Of a stretch of 64,000 nt of DNA, positions 51,339-62,973 are shown piece by piece. Position numbers and translations under genes: made by a program. The DNA is from Azolla caroliniana (lineage: Eukaryota > Plantae > Polypodiophyta). The notes under the pieces were generated by a model. The model ran no database searches, had not been told where the DNA came from, and worked only from the letters and a program-made list of their open reading frames with translations. The DNA lies in assembly GCA_043228905.1 (NCBI GenBank), contig JBHGNT010000006.1, forward strand, positions 1,054,001 through 1,118,000. The letters are read 5' to 3'. Position 1 is the first letter of the stretch. The number at the start of each line of letters is the position of its first letter.

Positions 51339-53366
51339 TTAAGGATAGTATGACTTGGTACCATAATAATGGACAGGATCGACTGTTGACTGATACGGGT
51401 TTAGAAGAAAGGGGTTGTTATATGAGCTATATCCATGAATTAATCCCTGTTGCTGATATTGAGGCCATTGCTGTTGTTCTTGCATATGAAACTGCTGCTT
51501 CTTCTTCAATTCAGCTATCTGCACATAAGGTGGAGGAGGTATATTGAGAGAAGCTATGAAGGGGTCATGATTGTTTTCCATCGACCTTGTTCCTGGTACA
51601 AAAGAAGGAAGAACTGAGAAATCTGATGGAAATTGATTTGGTACAGTAATTTCCATGCTTTGCTTATCCTTTCCTTGCTCATATGGATTGTCCAAGAGCA
51701 AGAAATTGAATCCACCTGTTAAGCTTTCCATTGCTGGTCTTATTGGCACGTCACTATTCTCTGATTCTAGCAGTGCTAGCTCCCATCCTGGTACTGTATT
51801 TCCTTCTCTCTTTCTCTCATCGACGGTTATGGCAAAATTAGAGAACGTCTCCCATGAAGAAGCATTAACCTTGATTTCAGATTCTAACCCATTAAAGTTG
51901 TTCTCACATCTCTCTGAAGTTGTCATATTTTCTTCGTTCTTCCTTTCATCAATGTTTAGAAGACTATTAGAGAAGGCTTCCCATGAGGTATTAACGTTGG
52001 TTTTAGGTATTATGCCTTCAAATAGAGCTAATGTGCGGCTGTTCTCATGTCTTTCTGATGGTGATAAGCCACTGATGTCGATCAGATCAACAATATCACC
52101 ACCATTAGAAGTGCTTTCTTTAGACAAACTTTCAATCCCCTTCATTGATGCAGATATACTAACAGATTTCTCTTCTCTGCAGAGAACTGTGGAAGGAGAT
52201 GGTAATAGTGAAGCGTTCTTGTCATGATTCTCCTGAATATCCTCTACTATCACCTGATCTTTGAACCTTACAGAACGAGCCTGTGGTCGATTCTTACTTC
52301 TCTTGCTATTTCCAGATCGAGCAGATGAATTGGCTCGAAGCTTAAGAGAAGCTTCCATTGTCTCAAGCAGTTCTACTGATATCTTCTCAACGGATGGATA
52401 CTCTATTGATCGAGAAATCCCTAAAGTTTTGCAAAAACTATAGAAAGATACAAGTTCATCCACTCCTTTAGCTGTCTTACTGTAGACATCGAATGCACTG
52501 ATACAATCACATTGTTCCATATCAAAAAAACCATCTAACAAGATCGCCATTCCATCTTTAATGTCTTTGTATAGCAGAAAGCTTTCTGCCAGTATGAGAT
52601 GGATAGCAGAAAGCACAAGATTGTTTAGCTTTGCAGAGCCAGAAGGTCTACAGGAGAGGATTCTCTCAAGTAAACGCAAGAAGGAAGGGAACTTCTCCAT
52701 TAACTCGTAAGGTTTCATTTTTCTGACAGGTTTCTTTCTGTGTCTTACAGGTACGGCTTTCGGATAATTAACATACTCACGAAGATCGTGACTACTAGAA
52801 CTAGAGACAAAATCATAACGAGGAGGATGAGAATAAGGTTTCTTTAGCAAGTCATTCTGTTGATGAGGATCAGACAAAGAAGGAGCGGAAGAATCGAGAC
52901 GTTCTTCTAGATATAGGCCATAAGAGCTAACAAATGCATAAAACTCAGAAGCATGGGATTGCTGGGACGAATATTCATCACAGAAAGTATCACAGACTTT
53001 GGCTAACAAAACCTTACCTCGCTTTCTTGAAGCCACAAGTTCACGTTCAATGGAAGGATCTCCATCGCGAAGAAGACGATGAGAGAGAATCAGAGTCTTG
53101 AGAGCAACGACCCAATCCTTAGTTTTGCTAAGACGTTTGTGCAGACAGGAGATGGAGGTCTCTACATACTCTCTGGAGCAAGAAGTAAGGTAAAGAATCT
53201 CTTGGACGTACTTCTCTGCTGAAGGGAGCTCGTCATGACCTGTGGCTTTTACGATAGCGACTTCTAGATCTGCATGGTTTAGTGCTACCTTCGCGATGGA
53301 GATTGTCGTCTGATCTTTCATAGCTCCGATGACCTTTCGCAGGCCCTTGGCCTGCATCAACGCCAT
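51339..53366 (-). CDS. ANTH-domain (AP180/PICALM-like) clathrin assembly protein, 675 aa
   Basis: N-terminal LRKVIGAMKDQTTISIAKV..DLEVAIVKATGHDE..KTKDWVVALKTL; C-terminal GWELAL, DPF, PPPPYVQ and NPF motifs; intronless ORF. Confidence 0.95.
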   Translation of the reverse strand: MALMQAKGLRKVIGAMKDQTTISIAKVALNHADLEVAIVKATGHDELPSAEKYVQEILYLTSCSREYVETSISCLHKRLSKTKDWVVALKTLILSHRLLRDGDPSIERELVASRKRGKVLLAKVCDTFCDEYSSQQSHASEFYAFVSSYGLYLEERLDSSAPSLSDPHQQNDLLKKPYSHPPRYDFVSSSSSHDLREYVNYPKAVPVRHRKKPVRKMKPYELMEKFPSFLRLLERILSCRPSGSAKLNNLVLSAIHLILAESFLLYKDIKDGMAILLDGFFDMEQCDCISAFDVYSKTAKGVDELVSFYSFCKTLGISRSIEYPSVEKISVELLETMEASLKLRANSSARSGNSKRSKNRPQARSVRFKDQVIVEDIQENHDKNASLLPSPSTVLCREEKSVSISASMKGIESLSKESTSNGGDIVDLIDISGLSPSERHENSRTLALFEGIIPKTNVNTSWEAFSNSLLNIDERKNEENMTTSERCENNFNGLESEIKVNASSWETFSNFAITVDERKREGNTVPGWELALLESENSDVPIRPAMESLTGGFNFLLLDNPYEQGKDKQSMEITVPNQFPSDFSVLPSFVPGTRSMENNHDPFIASLNIPPPPYVQIAELKKKQQFHMQEQQQWPQYQQQGLIHGYSSYNNPFLLNPYQSTVDPVHYYGTKSYYP

Positions 53367-54012
53367 AGCCGAAAACGCTTCGGATTTGGCCCCTGCTGTT
53401 GAGATCAGAAGGGAGAGAAGAAGAAGAAGAAGAATGCGATTAACGGAAATTCCTCGTACGACAAGACATTGTAGACGTTATTAGACGCAGGATTTCATGG
53501 ATACGATGACGAAACTCATGACTGCTTTCATGGAATTCAGGATTTCTTTGTCTGAGCGTGTATAGAATATGCGATATTTTGTCTCTGTCCACATCTGTGC
53601 GAAAGCAGAGGGAGAATGTTGATACATAGTCTATGAAAACGATCGCAGCACATATGAAGGAGAAACATGGGAGAAGGAAAAGGGGTAAGCTAAGAAAAAA
53701 AAATCTGTGCAGAATGGGAGAAGAAATGGAAGAATGTATCAGAATTTGGAAGATCGCTGAGAAGAACACGGCTATGGATAGCTTGCTCAGAAGAAGAAGA
53801 AGAAGAAAAGCAACATAGTCAAGAAAAAGAGGAGAACATTATAGCGATGGAAAGGTCTCCCGGCACAGAATGGATATTATAGCTATGGAAAGAAAGCTCG
53901 CTCAACACAGACCAAAGAATAAAGAAGAAGAAGAAGAAGAAGAAGAACATGATGATAATGGAAGAGAAACACAGGAGGAGCAGGAGAAAGTGCTTTTCCC
54001 ACAGGTCGTTGT

Positions 54013-54076
54013 CCTACGTGGCACGTCTACGTGGCGATATTGATGCCACCTCAGGCTCCTTGGCTCGCCACGTAGG
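54013..54076. promoter_or_regulatory. ABRE/G-box-like cluster upstream of the ANTH gene
   Basis: ACGTGGC at 54016 and 54029 and GCCACGT at 54067, about 650-700 bp upstream of the ATG. Confidence 0.5.
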
Positions 54077-55293
54077 ATGGTGAAACGGAAGGGCTTCCCC
54101 TCCTCTTAGGCCAAGGATATATATGTACATATATATTATATACATATATCATTCATTATATGTATATACCTTCCTTCATTTCCTTGAGGCCTTTTGTGAG
54201 GAGGATGGATGTGTGTGTGTGTGTATTTTTGCCGTGTGTGCATGGACCCAATGATAGGGATGGATGGACGCCCAACGATCGGGGGCAATAGGAACCCTAC
54301 ACTATGGGCGAGCAAGTACCTTGTATCTCCTTTTCACATTGCTATCGGTATGCTTGTAGGTCACATGTAGAGTTGGGTTCTAGAATGGCAACACCATTGG
54401 TGATGCTCTCGTGAAGTTACGACTTCAGATCTACCTCCTCAAAATAGTGCCTCTATCTTTATTAGAATAATGGTTCGTGCTCTGGTTTGTCTTTTTATCT
54501 ACAATTGACAATGACATTTCTTGATGTCAAGCTTCACTCGCATGGAGCGTTTAGTGTAGGCTTACATCTCATCTTCTCTCTAAATTTAGGTGACTGAAAA
54601 TATCCATATGACAACCCAATTTAAAAAACATGGCTTTGTGTGTTTGTTCCATATTTTCCTTTTTTGCGACTTGGTTCACATTTGGAGATTTGTGTTCACA
54701 AATATGCTAATAAGCATTTCAAAGACAGAACAAAGTTATGTGGGTCATACATAAACCATGCATGATCCATCCATCACCCATCCTCTTTCAACCATTCATG
54801 AACCCATGTGCCAACAATGCATGCATTCATCTATAACCCTCAACCACAACAATAGATGATTGACCTATCTAAGTATACATAGTAACATATATATTATAGT
54901 CGTTATTCAATAATGAAACCATAAATTTATGGACAAGTTAACCTTAAGCTTGTACTCATTAAACATTACATTGAGGCATGTAATTAGAGTATCTACAAAA
55001 CCTCTAAAAATATTAAATGAAAGAGAAATGTGTATTTAATCATGGTAGTCTAAATCTCATGTCAAATAGATATTTAACTGTAAGGTAAAATGTGAGGGGA
55101 AAATTCCATCAATTCTTCACCCACTAGAGAGTCGAGTACTAATGGTTCAAATCTTGATAATTTATTAGACGCTATTAACAAGGCACTACCCCACTTTTAC
55201 AGACAAGGGACACCCAATACAAGTAGGGATATGCTTCAACTCCCTTGATATTAAATTGTTAATGTCCCATCAACAAATAGGTGGAATGACGCG

Positions 55294-55850
55294 ATGTGTT
55301 TAGACTTCAAACGGTTTGGAATAGTTATTAATAACTATGTGTTTGACTATCAAATCAACCAAAGTGATACTCGAGCATACGAGGCGAGATTGATGTTATT
55401 CAATGCTATGGTGGTCCAAGTGTTGCTTTATGGAATGGAATTGTGGGCTGGCATTATCTCACTTAGTGCATGGAATGAAATAGAGAAAATTCAAAAATTG
55501 TTCTTAGCTAAACAATTGCGAGGTGATTGGCCCATAGGGGTGCAAGCCATCAGAAGAGTATACAAGTATATCATCAAATCAAGAATAAGCTTGATAACAT
55601 ATTTCCAAAATAGGCTTGGAACACAAGATGCAATGTACCCAAACATGAACATCAAAATCCTCTCATTTGCTTGGGTGCTCGACATTATGAATTCGTTTAA
55701 AGAATGAGTAAAAGATCTATTGGAGCTCTCATGTGATATTATGAAGTATGTGATCATTGAAGATAGATAGTACGAGGCACTAAGGATGAATTTACAAGAT
55801 GCTAAAATTACAAATTTGGAATATTACATTACAAAGGTTTAGCTATCAAT
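55294..55850 (+). mobile_element. RTE-type LINE fragment (post-RT region)
   Basis: LFNAMVVQVLLYGMELWAG..WNEIEKIQKLFL resembles the LLYG.E.W motif downstream of RT in RTE-like LINEs. Confidence 0.6.
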
Positions 55851-56313
55851 GTTGACCCCAATACAAGGCAAAAATGTTGGAACATGTTCAATTGCATCTT
55901 ATTACAATTTACCCCCACGAACCATCAATTTTGAAGAGCCTTAACACTTCCTCAAACTCGCTCACACTCTCCCATGAATCTTAATTCATGTTAAGAAAAT
56001 ACAAGGAGGAAGTAAAGAAGAAAGGGTACACTCACTCGACCACCCATTAGCAAAGGTGAGGGACAAAATTGAGTCCCCTATTGGCGTCCTATGTTCAACA
56101 TAGAATGAGAAATATCCACGCAAATGTATTGTGGATCCTACTTATTATATAGGATTTGGATCCCTCCTCACATACAATTGATAATTTATGAGGGGTTTCT
56201 CAATTACCCCTCCTTACACATGGATTTGGTCCTAGGCTTTGACAAGCAATTCCATGCGTCTCTTGTGAGTAAGTCAGTCATTAGAATACTAGTATCAATG
56301 AATAAACACCAAT

Positions 56314-56778
56314 TAACAATCGGCAATGGTTCGGTCGGTTTGAGAGGGCCCAAACTGAACCGTTTAAATTTTTTTTAAACCTGAACCAAACCGTGAAACC
56401 GAACTGTTAAACATTATCCAAACCATTAAACCATTAAACCGTAAAAACTGCAGTTTTGTGGTTCGGTTTCGGTTTTCAACATTGGTCAAATTTTTTATTT
56501 TTTAAAATTTATAATATTTCATTATTTAGAATTTTTAGAATTTTTAAGATGTTCCTAAAATGTGAGAATAAGGTGTAAAAATGAAAAGATTGTTTAAAAA
56601 CAATTTAAATTTATTTTTTTTAAAATAAAAAAAATAAAAACCGTTAAACCATTAAACCGTTTAAACCACGGTTTTTAACTGTTGAAACCAAACCGAACCG
56701 AACCGTTGAAATAGTTACGCCGTTAAACCATGGTTTCGCGGTTCGGTTCGGTTCAAACCGAACTGTTGCCGATTGTTA
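56314..56778. mobile_element. Non-autonomous hAT element/MITE (465 bp), 8-bp TSD ACACCAAT
   Basis: Perfect 13-bp TIRs TAACAATCGGCAA / TTGCCGATTGTTA; ACACCAAT at 56306-56313 and 56779-56786; many subterminal AAACCG/CGGTTT motifs. Confidence 0.93.
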
Positions 56779-57370
56779 ACACCAATGGCCTCTTTTTGTC
56801 TAGATACATATCATGTAGTAGCATGGGCCTTGATTGTGTTTCGTGTGGAAAAATATTAATGAAGGTAGGGGAATGATTGTTTGAATAGTATGTAAATTTA
56901 AGATACAACTTTGTCGTATTGTTGCTGAAATGGACCAGGAATAATGGTTGAAATGATTGGTTTTGATATAAAAATGAGTGGTTTCACTTATGAACTGAAT
57001 TTTGGGTTTAGTCATGAAACATTCATCCATGTATGTATAGGATACAACCTTTTTTACTCGGATCAAAGAGAATTGTTGAAAGGCCTTTTTTCTATTTATT
57101 AACTCCTAAATTACATTAAGTGTCAACTTGCTAATCAATAGGATCAATGAGCTTATTATCATCACAACTGGTTTTTCTAAGGCACATGTACTATGGTGTT
57201 AAGGCCCATTGAACTTATCAATCATTGATCCCCACTCACCAGTTATTCCCGACTTGAGTTTACCGCAACTCATCCAATAGAATTGATAGATCAATTACCA
57301 AACATCAAGGTGTTATTCATTCAAATTGAATATTTAAACGAGTCATGCTCTCTCTCTGTCTCTCTCTCTC

Positions 57371-59226
57371 ATGTGGAAGCAATTAGAGAGACCTTTGGTG
57401 ACGATGTTATCACATCAACTCCAAAGCAAATCGACAGTACCACATGACATTATTAGAGCAGAGTTTAGTCTACCCCCGATGTTAGTAGAAACACTCTTTC
57501 AAGTGGTAGAACCACAAGATAGGATATCCCGTCGAGCCTTTGAGGCATCTTGATCCCTACATGCGTTTGGAGACACTAGCTATTGGTATAGCACTGTGGT
57601 GAGTTGGTTACTTGCAAACGGCATTGATATTAATAACTTACCCCCCCTTAAGTACAACCATGGTATTGATCAAACTCTCTCTCATGAAGATAGTAATAAA
57701 GTGATACGCCAAGAAATATGGCAAATTTACACTCGATATAAATGGATCACCCCATGAGAGCCACTCCCATCTAAAATGTTGTACTATAAGGAACACTTCT
57801 TGCACTTCTCTAAGTTAGCTTTTATTACACGACCAAGATATCTATATACATTCTTATCAAATGCACTAAGGGTGGCCATTGGACAACTTAGGATATCATC
57901 TCACCAACTTGAGATTGAGAATGGTCGGGCAAATAGAGTCCCTAGAGAGGAAAGGCTATGTAGGTTATGCCACATAGAGATAGAGGATGAGCTGATATCA
58001 CTTCACATGCAAGTGCCCAACTTATGCCGAGATACGGGCGGAATACCAAGACATATTAGGTGTCATGAACATCGACTCGAATGTGAACCTTAGGCCCTTG
58101 TATATATATTTCTCCTAGAGAAACTTTAGACTTCAAACCTTTGGATAAAGAGTGGTATGTAAGACCTAGTCTGCAAGAATTAGTATGCTTGATATTATAG
58201 TATGTAAGACTTGGCATGAGCATGCTTATCATGCATCACTACATGTATAAAAAGGGTTGATCTCCCTTGTTAACATCAAGGAGATCAACACCAGTCATGG
58301 AATAGATATTTTTACTCATTGTCATCAACTTCTCGATCTCCCTATCTCATCAACTTCCCCATCTCTTTACCCCCAATTGTTCATCCGTGACATTAGGACC
58401 CTCTCCAAACTATTAGATACCCCGAGTGTAAAGAGACTAGGTACATAGGTATATTTTAGAGCTAAAACAACATAAGGAGAATAAATTACAAAGTCTTAAC
58501 CATAACCCTTTTACTATTCATAAACATGTAACTAGTGTAAATTTTCAGGAACAAGGGTAGACGATGTATGTGGATACATTTACACCACTCGACCTCTCTC
58601 TTGAGGAAGCAAAAATGCAAAGAACAACTAAACGCCCTCGGATGTTGGGCTTCAAAACAAGTTGACGTGGAGTAGTAAAGATTAAGAAGATAAGGGAACG
58701 TGAGCTACATCGACTAGAAGCTATGGTTGGGGTACCTTTTACATTGACATCACGGGCCACATCCACATCGCAACCCTTTGACCTCCCGCTTCTTTTCGAG
58801 AGACTTGGATGGAAATGAAATTAGGCCTAGCATAACATTTTCATTGTAGAACATGATTTTTATATAGAACATGTTTATTATTTTACTAGAACTATTTAGC
58901 TTAAACTCTATTTTATCTTATTTTTATTTATTTATTACTCTCAGATGTTTCTACCCGAAGCTGACTCTCCTCCGGCGGTTGCTGCTCCATCCGCTAAAAG
59001 TTCTCCACTTCTCAAGAGTTCTCCTGGTATAACCGTGGAGTTTTGGTTTATACAGGTATTGTTATTAGAACATTCATATGTTCTCAATCTGGTATTTGTG
59101 GTGTTCGAACTTTCCCACCAATAATTCCTTTTTTCTATTTTTTTCCCCGTGAATGGGTAAATATCCCATTTTTTGTCGTAAACCATTCGTCTCATGGGCC
59201 AATTTTGGCCTTAGAAGACGTTAATA

Positions 59227-59228
<2 letters not shown>
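57371..59228 (+). mobile_element. RTE-type LINE 3' portion, decayed, interrupted by a solo LTR
   Basis: PHDIIRAEF..; AIGQLRISSHQLEIENGR..PREERLCRLCH (typical LINE C-terminal zinc region). The 3' boundary at the microsatellite-tailed repeat is inferred. Confidence 0.7.
58061..58392 (+). mobile_element. Solo LTR (332 bp), TSD TTAGG
   Basis: TGTCA...TGACA termini flanked by TTAGG at 58056-58060 and 58393-58397; same first 10 nt (TGTCATGAAC) as the LTR at 62974. Confidence 0.9.
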
Positions 59229-59319
<91 letters not shown>

Positions 59320-59803
59320 TGTATGTATGTATGTATTATATACGAAAATTGGGTTTATGGGTGAATTTTTATTAACCTATATACGTATGTTCAAATCTTA
59401 GTAACTTTGTTCAAAACACTTACTAACTAAGCTAAATTTGTCTAGGTTTTGTCCCTATGTTCTATGATGGGCCGTTCGTAATATTCTATTCAAACCATAC
59501 ATTTGGGTTCAATCTCACGAACTCACTAGTTTTGTAGAGGAGATGTAATTGAGAGTTTATATATATATTAAATTTATATATAAGGAAAGGGCATGTGGTA
59601 AATAACAAAAAAATATAGGGGCATTCGGGGAATAAAGAAATACCCAAAGGTGTTTAGAGTTTCCTTTCATTTCCAAGTTGCATCACAAAACATTGTTAAT
59701 ATGAACAAAATCGGGTAGGAAGTATGTGCATGAAAATCATATTCACATTTTAACACAAACTTCAATATCTGGTTACAAAAGTAGAATTATGGGTATGAAA
59801 TCC

Positions 59804-59908
59804 TAAATTGTAAAATTTCAATGAACATTTGGTAGTTGCATGACCCTTCGAAAATGAAAACTTAAATTGTAAAACTTCAATGAACATTTGGTCATGGTGT
59901 GACCCTTA
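59804..59908. repeat. 59-bp tandem duplication
   Basis: TAAATTGTAAAA.TTCAATGAACATTTGGT....TGACCCTT occurs twice. Confidence 0.8.
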
Positions 59909-60381
59909 ACTAATAAGTGTAACATCATACTCGAATGTAATAAATATGCAGCAAAAACTTGAATTCTATTTCTTATTTTGATGTTAGAACCATTAATTGC
60001 TGATATTCATTGCAACCTACCAGCTACGACCAAAAACTTCCACGACACATTAACAAATACAATCTTCAATTAAAGATGATTCCAAAATGTTCACACACAT
60101 ATTTAATCTACAAACCTATTGAAATATCACACAAAAATTACAATTGTAACTACCAAATTATAATTACACATTTTGTTTGATTGGATTGATAAAATTCAAG
60201 ACCTTTCCATAACAAAGAAGATAATAAGAAAGGTAGAATTGGTTGCAACTAAATTTCATGTTAATATTAGAGCACATTCAATCAATAATGAAGATGTAGT
60301 TAATGATATGCATGTACATGTTGCAAGGGCAAATGTTGTGCAAACAATCTAGATCTTCATATGCAAGGTGTAGATATATAA

Positions 60382-61830
60382 TTACATGTTAGATGCATTA
60401 ATTTTTTTTAAATAAAAAATATCCTCCATTCGTGTTAAAACTAAAGTGGCCAGAGACAATATACAAAATAGTCCACTATTACAATGAATATTGCATATCT
60501 TGTTACCTTTTTCTATATATCTTGAGCTACCACAAGACTTCAAGATGCATATGAAGGTGATAATGATTGGGGAAAGGCCCTCATTTTCCATTTGTTTGAG
60601 CAAGAACTAAGGCTTCATAAACTTGATTATGCTTAGTATATCCAACAATGAGCACATTCCAATAGACAATATTTCGATCAGGAAGCCCTTTTAGCACTTT
60701 CTCTGCTTTTGCAAGCATCCCACATTTGATATACATATCCACCAAGGTGGTAGCAAGTACAGTACCCCCCTCCATTAACTACATACTCATGATTCTCTCA
60801 TGAATTTTCTCTCCTATGTGCATTGTTTCTGTGCTTCTACAAGCCTTCAATGTACAAATGAAGGTGACTGCATTTGGAGAAAGCCCCTCACTTTGCATAT
60901 GTTCAAAACCGTATAACACTTCATAACATTGACCTTGTTGGCCATATATTGCAAGTAGTGCATTCCAAGAGATAACATTTTGGGTAGGGAGCTCTTTAAG
61001 AACTTCTTGTGCCTTAACAGGCACACCACATTTGGCATACATATCAATTAAACCAGTCCCCAATAAAACGTCTTTATCATGAAGCCCGTACAGACAACCT
61101 CATGATGAATTTGTTTGCCCTTTCCTAATGCTCCTATGTTGCTACACGCCTTCAAACTGCAAATGAATGTGCTAGTAACTAGGGCAATGCCATCATCCTG
61201 AATTAGTTTAAAACAGTCCAACACTTTGTGGCCTTGACCCTGTTTAGCATACCCACCAATAAGTGCATTCCAAGAGACTATATCTCGAATAGGAAGCTCT
61301 TGAAGCACTTTCTGATATTTTCAAACAATCTACATTTGGCTTACATATCCACTAAGGGATTTCCAAGCATAAAATCATTTTTCAGAAACCTTGAGATGAG
61401 AACCATATTATGCATTTGTTTACCCTTGTGTAGAGCTCATATGTTTCCACAAGCCTTAAAAATGCAAACAGAATGAGATCACATCAGGAGAAAGCCCCTC
61501 ACTTTGCATACGTTTATAACACTTCAGTGCTTCAAGAACTTGCCCCTAATGGATATACCCTGAAATTAATGCAGACCAAGAGACTATTCCTCAGACAAGA
61601 AGCCCTTCAAGCACTTCTTGAGTCTTCTTGAGTACACCACATTCCACACACATGTCAATCAAAGCATTTCCAATCACTGCATTCTTCTCCAGCAGACCCT
61701 TATTTATAAATTTACTGTAGATTAGTTTTCCTTTTTCTATATCTCATGTGCTACCACAAACTCTCAAGATGCCAATAAGGGTTAGTATACTTGGAGAGAA
61801 GCCTTCGCTTTGCATAAGTTCTATAAAGAA
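60382..61830 (-). pseudogene. PLS-class PPR pseudogene, 5' end interrupted by a copia fragment
   Basis: Fragments LVDMYIKCG, NVISWNALL, DIVSWNALIGGYAKQG, TFICTLKAC spread over several frames with stops. Confidence 0.9.
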
Positions 61831-61834
61831 TCGG

Positions 61835-62973
61835 ATGGATTCTGTGCAACGGAAGAACTGTGTCTGTGTGTGTGTGTGGAGAGAGAGGGTGAACTCCTGC
61901 CGAATTCCTTATTGTCGAAGGTATGCTGTGAAGGCATCGGAGAAGTACTCTTTGCCGTCATCCGATCGAAGGCATTGGACATGGCGACCAATTGCCTTTT
62001 CAACTTCGTTTTTGAACTTTTGGAAGTGTTTGAATACTTCACTCTTCTGCCACATGGGTAGATACAGGTGTTCCTAGAGAAGTCGTCGATGAAGGTCACG
62101 TAGTATCGGCACCCACCAAATGTTGTCGTTTGGGCTGGTCCCCATACATCTGAATGTATTACATCCAGGATCCCTATGCTTACATTCCTCTCCTTTGGGA
62201 ACGGTTGTCGGTGCTGTTTGTCGAATTGGCAAGCTTCGCACACGCCGGTACTCTCCTTTTCGGTAAAAGTCGAAAGTCCGATGATGACTCCATTCAACTG
62301 CATTCCTTTGAGATTTTGGAGGTTAATGTGGCCAATTCTTTTGTGCCACAACTTTATGTCAGTGTCGGCCTTTTGGCCCTTGGCATACATTGCCGATTTC
62401 ATCTCGCAAGAATCGAGGATGAACATTTGACCTTCTCTCCGACCACAAGCGATGAGTCGGCCTTATTTTTCGATGAAGCATTATCCATCGTTGAAGCAGA
62501 CTTGCATGCCTTGTTAAACTATCTGGCCAACTGAGACCAGGTTCTTTGTTATTGTAGGAACATGTAGAACGTTCTTGATGTAGGTTTGGTTGCCTTCTTC
62601 CCCAAATGGGACATTGCCGACATATTGAATGGGGTGAATTATGGCATCCCCAGTTTCCACATAGTCGGATCATTTGGCCATTTCATCGTCGTCAATGCTA
62701 ACATTGATCGACCCGAGGGCATCACACAACTCCTTGATCTTCAGGGTGTAGTTGCCGATTGACATGTCCCTCTGTTGTATACCGTTCAACTCTTGACGGA
62801 GTTGAAGCTTTCTTGTCATCGTGTTGGCTGCGATAATTTTCTTGAGGTTCCCCCATGCCTCCTTCAACGTTTTTTCCTGTTAGATGTAACCGAGCATGTG
62901 ATCATGGATGCATGATGCAAGGTAATACAACACATGACTCGCCGCTTGCTCCCAACCTAGGTAGTCGACATGT
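61835..62973 (-). mobile_element. Deleted Ty1/copia fragment (gag-IN), a diverged relative of copies A and B
   Basis: AWGNLKKI..RKLQLRQEL, LWHKRIGHIN..CEAC, IHSDVWGP..FIDDFSR; internal deletion at ~62673 joins gag to the protease region. Confidence 0.9.

Noticed and set aside
54365-54420. GAGTTGGGTTCTAGAA resembling an LSU rRNA motif
   Set aside because: The similarity does not extend beyond ~14 nt.
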